A stretch of DNA of 64,000 bases from Candidatus Hydrothermarchaeota archaeon (GTDB lineage Archaea; CAYFZR01). The stretch is from assembly GCA_046760505.1 (NCBI GenBank), contig JBHIEG010000006.1, positions 9,212 to 73,211 on the forward strand, written 5' to 3'. The notes below the pieces were generated by a model. That model was not told the origin of the DNA. It did not search any database and saw only the letters and a program-made list of their open reading frames with translations. Shown piece by piece: positions 63,965 through 64,000 of the stretch; the stretch's first letter is position 1, and every line of letters begins with the position of its first letter. The position numbers and the translations under genes were made by a program.

Positions 63965-64000
63965 ATGGCTAAAAAAATACTACTTGTGGATGATGCCGAA
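63965..64000 (+). CDS. Probable response-regulator receiver domain, first 12 codons only
   Basis: MAKKILLVDDAE is the typical beta1-DD start of CheY-like receivers. Begins 4 nt after the KaiC-like stop. Confidence 0.4.
   Translation, partial: MAKKILLVDDAE

Noticed and set aside
1-64000. CRISPR arrays, rRNA genes, transposases or IS elements
   Set aside because: No regularly spaced repeats of 24 nt or longer, no rRNA-like GC-rich blocks, and no transposase or integrase motifs turned up in any frame I read.

Overview
Compact, visibly AT-rich archaeal chromosome segment with no rRNA, CRISPR array, transposase or integrase. The encoded tRNA-Gln has almost all-G:C stems, which suggests a thermophile. 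All calls come from reading translations and motifs by eye; no searches were run.

Layout:
- 1-3.0 kb: a ParA/MinD-type ATPase module beside small membrane and coiled-coil proteins.
- 3.1-23.5 kb: 27 minus-strand genes with no gap above about 28 nt. In transcription order (descending coordinates) these are cdhABC-cooC-cdhDE-cooC (archaeal acetyl-CoA decarbonylase/synthase), a DUF166-like gene, DUF99, signal peptidase, NUDIX, TFS, an OB-fold protein, PCNA, PriL, PriS, GINS, L44e, S27e, aIF2-alpha, Nop10, PAC2, EndoQ, a CPBP protease, ferredoxin and geranylgeranyl reductase.
- 23.6-31.2 kb: dph6-like and metE-like genes, a divergent arsM/padR pair, and purH-purP.
- 32.3 kb: tRNA-Gln(UUG).
- 32.4-37.7 kb: a membrane-tethered ArsR-RDD regulator, an octaheme c-type cytochrome with a CGP-type C-terminal anchor, an FTR1 iron permease, a DUF362/ferredoxin protein and a surface protein.
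- 37.8-43.6 kb: thermosome-rpoK-zinc finger, then tfb and polB sharing a divergent promoter region.
- 46.7-56.4 kb: an Epd/Tad-like type IV pilus locus (four class-III-signal pilins, split platform, ATPase) interrupted by vapBC and flanked by an ExeA-like AAA+ gene.
- 56.6-64 kb: five KaiC/RecA-fold paralogues with graded Walker-A decay, one of them fused to a Ras-like GTPase next to a Roadblock gene, ending in a receiver-domain gene cut by the window edge.

Most unusual observation: tfb and rpoK both lack any ATG, GTG or TTG ahead of their conserved N-termini. In each, a strong Shine-Dalgarno (SD) sequence is placed at the locally invariant spacing in front of an in-frame ACG.

Three short conserved genes are absent from the ORF track: a 2x[4Fe-4S] ferredoxin, nop10 and rpoK.
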